This document shows positions 11,165 to 20,224 of a stretch of DNA of 64,000 nt, piece after piece. Position numbers and translations under genes: made by a program. The stretch is from an uncultured Myxococcales bacterium (lineage in GTDB: Bacteria > Myxococcota_A > Polyangia > Palsa-1104 > JAEUJZ01), in the NCBI GenBank assembly GCA_964537055.1, contig CAZHYV010000004.1, positions 112,661 through 176,660 on the forward strand, written 5' to 3'. A model generated the notes under the pieces. It had not been told where the DNA came from, searched no databases, and worked only from the letters and a program-made list of their open reading frames with translations. Positions within the stretch are counted from its first letter, which is position 1, and each line of letters starts with the position of its first letter.

Positions 11165-11377
11165 ATGGCAAATACATGTGATTTTTGTGATAAAGGCCGG
11201 CTGGTCGGTAACAAAATCAGCCACTCCAACATCAAAACCAAAATGGCTCAACGGCCTAACCTTCAACGGGTACGCGTAACGATCGGCAAGGTGGCAGAAC
11301 GTGTACGAATTTGTACACGTTGTCTCCGTAGTGGAGCTGTTGTGAAACGCAGCCGTTCTTTCTCTGCAACTGCGTAG
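11165..11377 (+). CDS. rpmB: 50S ribosomal protein L28
   Basis: 70 aa, MANTCDFCDKGRLVGNKISHSNIKTK, which is the canonical L28 N-terminus. Confidence 0.85.
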   Translation: MANTCDFCDKGRLVGNKISHSNIKTKMAQRPNLQRVRVTIGKVAERVRICTRCLRSGAVVKRSRSFSATA

Positions 11378-11501
11378 CTAAATGTTGTCGGTTCATTTAC
11401 CAACTCATGAATACTTTAGACTGCGCGGATTCAATTTTTACAAATATTGCTTCCTCGTGAAAAATTAGACCCTCACGAGTGCAGTTTATCAAAGGCAGCC
11501 G

Positions 11502-11951
11502 TCACTCTGCAAGTAGGCGTACAAGCGCCGCACCGTAGATTACTGTATAAGCCATCCATATAAGCGTCGCACCCACGCGGAGCCAAAGTGCGCCTGTCCA
11601 ACCTTGACGCATCAGGCGGTCAAAGATTAGAGGCTGCATAGCAAGTCGTAACATCCAGAACAAAACAACGAAGCTGAGTAGAAATCGTGCAAGCTCACTC
11701 GGTGCAAGCAGAAGTCCTGGTCTTAGCATTGAGAGTAGCCCGAGCCCTAGCAAGACAAATGCGAGAAAAAAAGTGTGCACCGCAAAGACACGAGCATTAA
11801 GCGGCGACAGTCTCGTCACTTCTTCATTCCAACCTAGGATGCGCCATAGCACAGCGTGAAATGCTGAGAGAATGATGAGCGATGCACCTGTGATGCGCAA
11901 AACCCACTCTAGCATCATGCCCTCCGCTCCAACACCAAAACGATGACCCAC
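11502..11951 (-). CDS. hypothetical integral membrane protein (four predicted TM helices) within the high-GC islet
   Basis: 149 aa and hydrophobic; codon usage and GC (about 57%) differ from the surrounding genes. Confidence 0.5.
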   Translation of the reverse strand: MGHRFGVGAEGMMLEWVLRITGASLIILSAFHAVLWRILGWNEEVTRLSPLNARVFAVHTFFLAFVLLGLGLLSMLRPGLLLAPSELARFLLSFVVLFWMLRLAMQPLIFDRLMRQGWTGALWLRVGATLIWMAYTVIYGAALVRLLAE

Positions 11952-12688
11952 GGTGTCACCCGCATCTCACATGCTACCACAAAATGTGCCTGCGCAGCGA
12001 GGCGTAGCCACTCGTGACGCGCTACAAAGTGTAAAAAACCTGGGCCAAACGCAACAAAGTTCATCGCATCACGTAAATGTTCTACTAGTACCATGCGCCC
12101 GCCAGGACGCAGGGCGCGGTATATCTCCTTGAAAAAGCGCTCGCGGGCCTGTGTGATGCGAATCTCATGGGCAGTAAAAGCCACAAGGACGGCATCGCAG
12201 CTCGCCTCCGCAAGCGTCAGTGCCGTAGGTGAACATCTCGTTGAAACTTGATTTGGTGGCGTCACCGCCCGTGCCCGGCCGATGGATGGCGATTTCATGA
12301 CCCGCGCATCGAAGATGTCCAGACGCGCGATACAGCGACCCGGCATGACCTTATCTAGGATGATCTCGCTATCAAGGCCTGCGTGAATCGTCGCCCACGT
12401 TTGTACCGGCGTCGCCAGCAGTGCTGGTAGCCACGCGCCGCTGACCAAAGGTGATCGATCGTAAATATAATGTGAAACGACAAGAGAAACAGCTGACCAA
12501 AAAAGCGGCACGGCACATGCTGCAAGGATCCAGACCACTGCGAATGCAGGCTTTTTCACAAGCATGAAAAGCAGCGCTGCCGAAGCAAACCCCCAGGTAC
12601 CTGCATAGATCGGCCAGTTATAAAGAAAAATACGTAGACTGCCGCTTTGTCGATTCATTCCAGCGACTCCAGGGTGCCCGGCTTCCAT
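11915..12688 (-). CDS. membrane-anchored SAM-dependent methyltransferase-like protein with degenerate motif I
   Basis: Two N-terminal TM helices, then a region with post-I and motif III-like segments (DAVLVAFTAHEI, LRPGGRMVLVEH). Motif I lacks its glycines, so the assignment is tentative. Confidence 0.35.
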   Translation of the reverse strand: MEAGHPGVAGMNRQSGSLRIFLYNWPIYAGTWGFASAALLFMLVKKPAFAVVWILAACAVPLFWSAVSLVVSHYIYDRSPLVSGAWLPALLATPVQTWATIHAGLDSEIILDKVMPGRCIARLDIFDARVMKSPSIGRARAVTPPNQVSTRCSPTALTLAEASCDAVLVAFTAHEIRITQARERFFKEIYRALRPGGRMVLVEHLRDAMNFVAFGPGFLHFVARHEWLRLAAQAHFVVACEMRVTPWVIVLVLERRA

Positions 12689-13428
12689 AGGTAGGGAACG
12701 TTTTCTAGATAGAACGCGTTTGCCAGGCGTGCATCCTTAAACCGTGGTGCCAGAAGGTAGCTTGCCTCGTGCACTGTCACGCGAACAGGCTCTGGCGTCC
12801 ATACCTTGCGGATACCTTTGATTATCACCATCTTCTTCGCATGTTTGTTGTACGAGAATGTAAATGGCAGCGGACCAGCAAAGTTGCGCGAGTCCTGCAA
12901 CGAGCGAAAGGGGCTAGTCTCGGGCAGCGCCGCTGGGCGAGCCGAGAGATCCGCTGTCACTCGTAGATCTGCTTCACGACCGGGTGTACGAATCGTCACA
13001 TCAAGCTGCGATGCCGTCGCACTCATCGACACATCAGCTCGGTGGTAGTTATAATGTGTAAACACATTTCCAAGGACTGACATCATGCGGCGATCAGTAT
13101 CGCTGCGAAGAATGCGCAGACCGCGCAGCGTCGGCTTTCCTGGACGTACAAAGCGGGTGAAGATGCGGTATCCACTCAAAAAGAAGTTACGCCCAAGCAG
13201 AGAAGGAAATCCCTGTGGTCGTAATCTTTCTGTTTGTACGAGTGCAATCGCTAGGAACCCATAATCATCGTACGTATCAAGCTCCAATCCAGGGTCTAAA
13301 AGATCGGTAAGCGCCGATGCTGGCACTGCGTACGCCAGCACGAGCGAGCGTCGGAAGAATGCTTCGACGGCGAAGGGATGCCGCTTTAGAATTTCGACTC
13401 TCTTTTCCAGAAACGCTTTTATACCCAT
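12655..13428 (-). CDS. DUF2071-family (YqjF-like) protein
   Basis: 257 aa. The N-terminal pattern LELDTYDDYGFLAIALVQTERLRPQGFP matches the DUF2071 signature as recalled from memory; high GC. Confidence 0.5.
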   Translation of the reverse strand: MGIKAFLEKRVEILKRHPFAVEAFFRRSLVLAYAVPASALTDLLDPGLELDTYDDYGFLAIALVQTERLRPQGFPSLLGRNFFLSGYRIFTRFVRPGKPTLRGLRILRSDTDRRMMSVLGNVFTHYNYHRADVSMSATASQLDVTIRTPGREADLRVTADLSARPAALPETSPFRSLQDSRNFAGPLPFTFSYNKHAKKMVIIKGIRKVWTPEPVRVTVHEASYLLAPRFKDARLANAFYLENVPYLWKPGTLESLE

Positions 13429-13499
13429 AGTTATTCTCTTTTACACCATGCTAACAAGACTTTGTCTTGCCATTTAAGAAAACAAGAGAAACCGTCCCC

Positions 13500-15716
13500 C
13501 TAAGTAACACGGATGGGAAGAATGACTACGTTGAGGCTCTTCCACTGAAGTCGTCTTTGAAGAGAATACACCATCTGGTGGTGAAGCAACCGTTCCCAAA
13601 AATGCTCGTTTTGGAAAACCAATTTTCCTGCAAAGACAGTCATATTTGGGTATTGATCGGCGGCCTGCATACAAAGCTGCTCTGCCTCTTCAATAACATC
13701 CGTACCCACAGCAATCATACTATCAGCAGGCACCCCAATCCTACGGGCGAGCGATACGTACTTATCCAGATCTGCCTGTGTCTTCTCTTTGAGAGCGTGA
13801 ACTTCTTTTGCCCCTTTGAAGCTACCCGAATCTACGACAGCCACTGAAACAAAGACAAACTGTTTATAAAGCCCGGGGAACTGTCTTAGTACAGACAAAA
13901 GTGTATGGACCCCTAAGCCTGAGTAAGAAGAGACAAGCAGGACGGCCGTTCTCGCCTCTCGCTCTAACGGCGCATTCATGCCAGGACGATTCTCTGAAGG
14001 GAGGACGGTTAAAAGTTCATCAAGTGATCGTACTCTTTCATAGACTCGACGGTAATGACGCCGGATTCCGTAGCAGATTAGGACGAGAATGCCTGTAACA
14101 ACCAGGGTCAGCCAAGCACCGTGACGAAATTTTTCCATGATGGTTACAATAAGTACAGTGACACACAAAAGTGTCCCTATCACATGGATAGGGAGATGTC
14201 GTTTCCACCCGGGTTTGTGGTACCGATTCTTAATCCAGAATTTACACATCCCCAATTGAGAAAGAGTGAAGGTGACAAACACATTGATCGAATACATCGT
14301 AAGTAGTGATTCGGTGGACCCCTTGGTATAAAAAAGCACTGCAAGCGCTGCCCCGCCCATCAGCAAAATTCCATTGGTCATCGTGAGCTGTTCGGAGAGT
14401 GCCGCAAATCGATGTGGCAGCCAAGAATCAACTGCCATATTGGACATGACTCGAGGACCGTCTAAGAATCCAGCCTGCGCCGCTACTGTCAAAAGTGCTG
14501 CCTCTGCAAGGAGAGTGATGACGGCAAGGATCTTCCCAAGAGGCACCCCTCCTGCTTGAAATTTTCCATAAAGGCTTTCTACCAAAATTCCGTTGAAGGT
14601 TTTCCCCTGCATTTCAGGAAGTTTCGACAGGTGATACACGTCCGAAAGCAGGTAGCAAATCAGGATCCCGCCCGCCGTGACCGCAAGAGATACCGCCATA
14701 TAAACCATGGTCTTACGTCCCGTGGCGGCACGGGGTTCACGCATAATCATGAGCCCGTTCGAGACGGCTTCGATTCCGGTGTAGCTACTACCACCAAGTG
14801 CGTAAGCTCGCAAAAAGAGCATAATCATTCCCCCATAGCCAAGAACACCTAGGCCTTGGTGAAAGTCCTGCTTCACATTTTGAGCAACCTGAGGAATTTG
14901 GTACGTGTGAGAGAAGATTCCGTAAAGAAGTAAAAAGGCATGGGTGACTAAGAAAACAATAAAAATAGGAACTAAAATACGGACGGACTCTTTTACCCCT
15001 CGGATGTTTAAAAGCATGAGGACAATGATAACGACTGCTGAGAGTGGCAGTTTATACTGTGCCCATTGCGGGGGAAGAAAATTAAAGATAGAATTGACCC
15101 CTTCTACGACGGAGACGGTGATCGTCAGCACATAATCAATAATTAAAGCCGAGCCAGAAATGACCCCAGCCTTTTCACCAATCAGCGAAGTTGCGACGAC
15201 ATAACCACCCCCTCCCGAAGGGAAGTGCTCAATGATCCGGCTATAAGCATAAGAAATAATAAAAACCGTCATGGCCACTGCGACCGCTAGTGCAATTGCC
15301 AAATACGAATGGTGTTCTGTTGAAGCACATATCCCTTTTAGGGCATTCACCGCAGCTTCAGGAGTTCTTGTAGAATGGCATAACGCCTTAAATGCAGCTT
15401 CAGGACCATAAGCAGATGAGGACAAACCGTCGGCCCCAAGACCCACCCATGCCAAAAAGGCAACCAGGGACATCTTGTGAAAGACATGCGGATCCTCTAC
15501 ATTGCGGCCTTTCCCAAAAATAAGCCTCCACACACGAGCAAGGCCCGTCACAGGGGGTTCTTCAGCGATAGGACCAGTGGAGGCTTCTTTGGGGACAGGA
15601 TCTGAGGCTTCTTTTTCTGAGTTTTCTTCCGAAGGAGCAACGTCAGAAGCGGGTTGTTGGTGTGTAGAGTCCATGGTGGAAGAAAGATCTATACTAGAGT
15701 TATCAGGGAGAAGCAA
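13500..15716 (-). CDS. APC-superfamily amino-acid permease fused to a C-terminal universal-stress-protein (UspA)-like domain
   Basis: 738 aa with about 12 TM helices (GIEAVSNG and similar motifs) after a hydrophilic N-terminus. The C-terminal roughly 150 aa has an alpha/beta Usp-like pattern (VLLVSSYSG...VVDSGSF...AVGTDVIEE). Confidence 0.65.
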   Translation of the reverse strand: MLLPDNSSIDLSSTMDSTHQQPASDVAPSEENSEKEASDPVPKEASTGPIAEEPPVTGLARVWRLIFGKGRNVEDPHVFHKMSLVAFLAWVGLGADGLSSSAYGPEAAFKALCHSTRTPEAAVNALKGICASTEHHSYLAIALAVAVAMTVFIISYAYSRIIEHFPSGGGGYVVATSLIGEKAGVISGSALIIDYVLTITVSVVEGVNSIFNFLPPQWAQYKLPLSAVVIIVLMLLNIRGVKESVRILVPIFIVFLVTHAFLLLYGIFSHTYQIPQVAQNVKQDFHQGLGVLGYGGMIMLFLRAYALGGSSYTGIEAVSNGLMIMREPRAATGRKTMVYMAVSLAVTAGGILICYLLSDVYHLSKLPEMQGKTFNGILVESLYGKFQAGGVPLGKILAVITLLAEAALLTVAAQAGFLDGPRVMSNMAVDSWLPHRFAALSEQLTMTNGILLMGGAALAVLFYTKGSTESLLTMYSINVFVTFTLSQLGMCKFWIKNRYHKPGWKRHLPIHVIGTLLCVTVLIVTIMEKFRHGAWLTLVVTGILVLICYGIRRHYRRVYERVRSLDELLTVLPSENRPGMNAPLEREARTAVLLVSSYSGLGVHTLLSVLRQFPGLYKQFVFVSVAVVDSGSFKGAKEVHALKEKTQADLDKYVSLARRIGVPADSMIAVGTDVIEEAEQLCMQAADQYPNMTVFAGKLVFQNEHFWERLLHHQMVYSLQRRLQWKSLNVVILPIRVT

Positions 15717-15843
15717 GTGGGATATTGTTCGAGGGTGTGAGTCTTAGAAAGACCTATGTACACACGTTCAGATATTCTACTTTGATCTTCTTCGTTAGTT
15801 CATTCTTGACTTCTTTCCGGCTGGTTGCTAGGTAGCAAAACCT

Positions 15844-17220
15844 ATGGTAGAGTCCAAGACGCCATCTCCCAGCTTCTTTTCAAATATGAATCTAGTATCC
15901 GGCTCTTCGCGCGAATCAGGCTCTTCTTTGCGTGTAGAGTTTGTCGCGGGCATGACTACATTTTTTACAATTGCCTATGTACTCATTGTCCATCCAAAAA
16001 TCCTGGCAACCCCAGAAACGGGGATGCCCTTTTCTGGGGTACTGACCGCAACCGTGCTTTTGTGCTTCTTTCTTACGTTGCTGATGGGACTTTACGCAAA
16101 GCTTCCTTTTGCGGTTGCCCCTGGAATGGGAGTGAACGCCTTCTTCGCAGCCACTTTGATTGTGCAAGAAAAAATCCCATGGCCCACCGCTTTAGGCATG
16201 GTGTTTTGGTCGGGCGTCTTGTTTGTGCTTATCTCCGTAACCCCTTTACGAACCCTGCTTGCCCGTGCGATCCCTCAACATTTACGGATGGCGATCGCCG
16301 CTGGCATGGGTTTGTTTTTGGCTTTTTTGGGATTCCAGCAGGCTGGGTTTTTGGCGGCGAACCCAGATACCCTCCTTACCTGGCAACCCATGGGTTTAAA
16401 ATCCGTTCTCTCTCTTTTTGGGCTTGTGATGGCTGTTCTGCTGTTGCGAAGAAAGCATCCCCTGGCACTTCTGTTTGGCATACTTGGGGCTACCTTCTTA
16501 TCCTGGTGCTTCCAGCTTACAAAAATTCCCCACTCTTTTCTAAGCTGGCCCGATTTTCGTAGTGTCCTTTTTAAGTTAGATCTATGGGGTGCGCTAAAAT
16601 GGTCTTTGGTTCCTTCAATTGTTTCGCTATTCTTTACGGATTTTTTCGATTCATTATCAACGTTTGTCGGAGTCGCTGAAGCTTCTGGCCTAAAAGAACC
16701 TGATGGCAAGCCGCTTCGGTTAAAACAGGGACTGATTGTGGATGCGTTTGCAACCCTGTTTGCAGGACTTTTAGGAACCTCTTCGGGGACAGCTTATCTG
16801 GAAAGTATGGCTGGGATTGAAGTCGGCGGAAAGACAGGCCGCACAGCCATGGTGGCAGCGTTCTGTTTCCTTCCTTGCTTATTTTTTGCACCTCTGTTTG
16901 AAATGGTTCCTGAATACTGTACCGCCCCGGTCTTGATCTTGGTGGGGATCATGATGTTCCGCTCAGTATTTCAATGTCCTTTGGCACATTGGGAAGATAT
17001 CCTGCCTATGGGTTTAGTTATCTTTTTGATGCCCTTTACCTTCTCCATCACGCAAGGAATCTTATGGGGATTTAGCGCGCATGTGCTTCTCTATCTTCTT
17101 GTTGGTAGAAGGAAAGAACTGTCTTGGGCGATGATTTCGATGGGCACCCTCTCCATTTTCCTTCTTTTGTACCAACATCACGTTCTTTCAATCCTAAGAG
17201 CCTATTTCTTTCGTGTTTGA
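15844..17220 (+). CDS. AzgA-family (NCS2) purine (guanine/hypoxanthine-type) permease
   Basis: N-terminus LRVEFVAGMTTFFTIAYVLIVHPKIL plus multiple TM helices; 458 aa. An alternative start at 15886 is possible. Confidence 0.7.
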   Translation: MVESKTPSPSFFSNMNLVSGSSRESGSSLRVEFVAGMTTFFTIAYVLIVHPKILATPETGMPFSGVLTATVLLCFFLTLLMGLYAKLPFAVAPGMGVNAFFAATLIVQEKIPWPTALGMVFWSGVLFVLISVTPLRTLLARAIPQHLRMAIAAGMGLFLAFLGFQQAGFLAANPDTLLTWQPMGLKSVLSLFGLVMAVLLLRRKHPLALLFGILGATFLSWCFQLTKIPHSFLSWPDFRSVLFKLDLWGALKWSLVPSIVSLFFTDFFDSLSTFVGVAEASGLKEPDGKPLRLKQGLIVDAFATLFAGLLGTSSGTAYLESMAGIEVGGKTGRTAMVAAFCFLPCLFFAPLFEMVPEYCTAPVLILVGIMMFRSVFQCPLAHWEDILPMGLVIFLMPFTFSITQGILWGFSAHVLLYLLVGRRKELSWAMISMGTLSIFLLLYQHHVLSILRAYFFRV

Positions 17221-17278
17221 GAGTTCGCTTTGGAACGATATTTGCTGAATCAAATCACTTCCTGGTAGACTCCTTCTT

Positions 17279-19453
17279 ATGTTTAACAACCCATCCGACT
17301 CTTCCTTGCTAGAAACGTATTTTCGTACGCAGGGCTATCTGCTAGGAAGACCTGTAAATCCCTTGTTTCACCCCAGCGGCAAACAAATATTTTTCCTGCG
17401 CGCAGAAGCTCCAGATTTTCATCTTCACCTCTATGAATATGAGATTAAGACCCAGACAGCTCGTCATTACTTATCACCTCATGAACTTTTGCAGGGTGAA
17501 GCAACACTTTCTAAAGAAGAACAGTCTCATCGAGAGCGGGTGCGTTTGGTGGCCAAAGGATTTACGACGTTTTCTTTCTCCCACGATGGTACTTTGCTAT
17601 TGATTCCCTACTCCGGGCGTATTTTTTTAATCGAAACGGCAACAAAAAAAGTTGTCGAGGCCAAAATTCAAGGTTTTGCAAACGACGTCCGCTTTTCTCC
17701 CGACGATCGGTACCTTGCCTATGTGCAAGAGAGAAATCTTTTTGTTTTTGACCGTGACCGGGGATGTTCTGTACAGCTTACCCAGAGTTCCCACCCTAAA
17801 ATAAGTTATGGGCTTGCCGAATTTGTTGCCCAGGAAGAAATGGATCGGTTTTCAGGGTATTTTTGGTCTCCGGACAGCTCTCAAATTGCCGTATGCGAAG
17901 TGGATGAGCAGGGGATGGAAGAATTTTATATTGCGGATCCAGGTCACCCCGAGAAAGAACCGCAACGATTTTCTTACCCTCGTCCCGGTGGAATCAATGC
18001 CAAAGTTCGTCTGGGAATCATTCCTCCTTTGGGAGGACCCTTCGCTTGGATTGCGTGGGATCGGGAAAGATTTCCCTACCTTGCGAAGGTGCTTTGGCAA
18101 AAACAAAGCCCACTCACCCTTGTTGTCCAAAGCCGAGATCAAAAAGAAATTCAGATTCTTGTTGCTGATCCAAATACTGGGGCAACCACTTGTTTACTGA
18201 GGGAATCTGATGCAGCTTGGTTCAATCTCGACCAAACGGTTCCACGGTGGATTTCTAAAGGAGCGGCATTTTTGTGGAGCACGGAAAGAAATGGACTTTA
18301 CGAACTTGAGCTTCGATCCAAGGACGGGACTTTGATAAAAACAGTCGTTCCAAAGGAGGTTGGCTATCGAGGACTCCTTTCAGTAGATGCTCAAAGCAAA
18401 TCTTTGTATGTACTTGGGGGACAAGAGCCTAGCGAGCGGCACATCTATCAAATTCTTTTAGATAGCGGACAGATAAAACCCCTCACCCAAACGTCAGGTT
18501 GGCACAGTGGTTCTTTTAGCGAAGATGGGAAGTTATGGGTCCATACCGAAGTAACTCTTCAATCGATGCCTAAAAGCTATGTGCGAAGCGTAGACTGCGA
18601 ACTAAATGGGGCCGATAAGCAAACTTGCGGAGTGGGCAGCCAACGATATGCAGAACTTCCTAGCATTGCCGAGGAACCCTCTCAGTTTGCCAATGTTGAA
18701 TTTGCCGTTTTGGGAAAGCGAGAGATACGAACGGCGATTGTACGTCCACGTGGTTTTGAGGTAGGGATGAAGTATCCGGTTATTGTGGATGTGTACGGAG
18801 GTCCTCATCGCACAGATGTAGTAACCCATCCCCGAAGGTTTCTTCTTAATCAGTGGCTGGCAGACCAAGGATTTGTCGTGGTAACCATGGATGGACGAGG
18901 CACACCTTTTCGAGGGAGAGCATGGGAGCGGTCCATTCTGGGAAGCTTCGGTGTTATTCCCCTAGAGGATCAGGTGGACACGCTCGAGGAGCTATGCAGG
19001 AGACACCCTGAGCTTGATAAGACGAGGGTGGGGATTCATGGTTGGTCCTTCGGAGGTTATCTGTCCGCCCTGGCTTTGCTAAAATGCCCCGATGTATTTC
19101 ATGCGGCAGTCTCAGGAGCTCCTGTCGTTGATTGGCGAGACTACGACACCCACTACACCGAGCGATATTTAGGGATGCCATTGGAGAATACTTCTGGTTA
19201 CCGAGAAAGCTCTCTCCTCACCTATGCGAAAAATCTCAGACGACCCCTTCTTTTGATGCATGGTACGGCAGATGACAATGTTTATTTTTTTCACTCGCTC
19301 AAATTGAGCCAAGCCCTGCTCAATGCCGGAAAACCTCACGACTTTTTACCACTCGTTGGAACAACCCACATGATTGCAGAGCCTTTACAAAATCAGAGAC
19401 GGTGGGAGACAATTGCTGACTTTTTTAGGAAGCACCTGGGTTTTCCTTTGTAA
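17279..19453 (+). CDS. S9-family serine peptidase (dipeptidyl peptidase IV-like)
   Basis: 724 aa with an N-terminal beta-propeller region and a C-terminal alpha/beta hydrolase carrying GWSFGGY (GxSxG), a catalytic Asp (LMHGTADDNV) and His (GTTHMI). Confidence 0.8.
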   Translation: MFNNPSDSSLLETYFRTQGYLLGRPVNPLFHPSGKQIFFLRAEAPDFHLHLYEYEIKTQTARHYLSPHELLQGEATLSKEEQSHRERVRLVAKGFTTFSFSHDGTLLLIPYSGRIFLIETATKKVVEAKIQGFANDVRFSPDDRYLAYVQERNLFVFDRDRGCSVQLTQSSHPKISYGLAEFVAQEEMDRFSGYFWSPDSSQIAVCEVDEQGMEEFYIADPGHPEKEPQRFSYPRPGGINAKVRLGIIPPLGGPFAWIAWDRERFPYLAKVLWQKQSPLTLVVQSRDQKEIQILVADPNTGATTCLLRESDAAWFNLDQTVPRWISKGAAFLWSTERNGLYELELRSKDGTLIKTVVPKEVGYRGLLSVDAQSKSLYVLGGQEPSERHIYQILLDSGQIKPLTQTSGWHSGSFSEDGKLWVHTEVTLQSMPKSYVRSVDCELNGADKQTCGVGSQRYAELPSIAEEPSQFANVEFAVLGKREIRTAIVRPRGFEVGMKYPVIVDVYGGPHRTDVVTHPRRFLLNQWLADQGFVVVTMDGRGTPFRGRAWERSILGSFGVIPLEDQVDTLEELCRRHPELDKTRVGIHGWSFGGYLSALALLKCPDVFHAAVSGAPVVDWRDYDTHYTERYLGMPLENTSGYRESSLLTYAKNLRRPLLLMHGTADDNVYFFHSLKLSQALLNAGKPHDFLPLVGTTHMIAEPLQNQRRWETIADFFRKHLGFPL

Positions 19454-19486
19454 AAACAAACATCGTAACCCAAGAAAGGAACCTTT

Positions 19487-20146
19487 ATGTTTTTAGGGCA
19501 TTATGCAGTAGCACTCGCAGCCAAACGGGCAGCTCCTAAGGTTTCGTTAGGCGCCCTCTTTCTAGCAACACAGTGGCTTGACCTTCTATGGCCTTTCTTT
19601 TTACTTCTAGGAATTGAGCACGTTGCCATTCGACCAGGGATTACAAAAATCAACGCTTTTGATTTCTATGATTATCCATGGACCCATAGCCTTCTTACTT
19701 CTCTTGGGTGGGCCCTGATAGGGGCTAGCATTCTTTGGTTCCGACGGCGCGCGTGGAAAGAGGCGCTGGTCTTTGGAGGGTGCATCGCAAGCCATTGGAT
19801 GCTGGACGCGTTGGTGCATCGGCCCGATTTGCCGCTACTACCCTATGGAACAACGAAGGTCGGGCTTGGGATTTGGTACTCTTTTTGGGGAACCACATTC
19901 TTAGAGGCAGCTTTTTTGGGAGTTGGTGTTCTTATGTATCTCCGGACTACCTATGCTAGCAACTGGAAAGGACGGTGGGGTCTTTGGGGGCTTATCGGCT
20001 TCTTGCTACTAATTTGGGTTTTCAGTATGACGATGCCCCCGCCCTCTGATCCACAGATGATTGCACTAAGCATGTTATCGCTTTGGCTTTTTGTTCCCTT
20101 CGCCGCTTGGGTTGATCTTCATAGAAAAGCAAAACCGCTTGTATAA
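19487..20146 (+). CDS. hypothetical integral membrane protein
   Basis: 219 aa with five or six hydrophobic helices. It weakly resembles membrane-bound metal-dependent hydrolase families; not assigned. Confidence 0.4.
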   Translation: MFLGHYAVALAAKRAAPKVSLGALFLATQWLDLLWPFFLLLGIEHVAIRPGITKINAFDFYDYPWTHSLLTSLGWALIGASILWFRRRAWKEALVFGGCIASHWMLDALVHRPDLPLLPYGTTKVGLGIWYSFWGTTFLEAAFLGVGVLMYLRTTYASNWKGRWGLWGLIGFLLLIWVFSMTMPPPSDPQMIALSMLSLWLFVPFAAWVDLHRKAKPLV

Positions 20147-20224
20147 GCGTTAGACCTTACTGCACAACTTATTTCCAACCCTTTTTTGTAATTCTGCTAT
20201 ACTGCACTACGAGTAACGAATTAC

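Noticed and set aside
11453-11480. Hairpin (ctcgtga-12 nt-tcacgag) after rpmB as an intrinsic terminator
   Set aside because: The stem is only 7 bp and is not followed by a U-tract on either strand; at most it is a weak bidirectional structure.
12769-13048. Plus-strand ORFs inside the DUF2071 gene
   Set aside because: High-GC DNA produces long spurious ORFs on the antisense strand; there is no independent support.
15825-16562. The 245-aa plus-strand ORF that overlaps the AzgA permease in another frame
   Set aside because: The permease frame has clear family motifs and a TM pattern. The alternative frame yields a Cys/Arg/Trp-rich, non-protein-like sequence.
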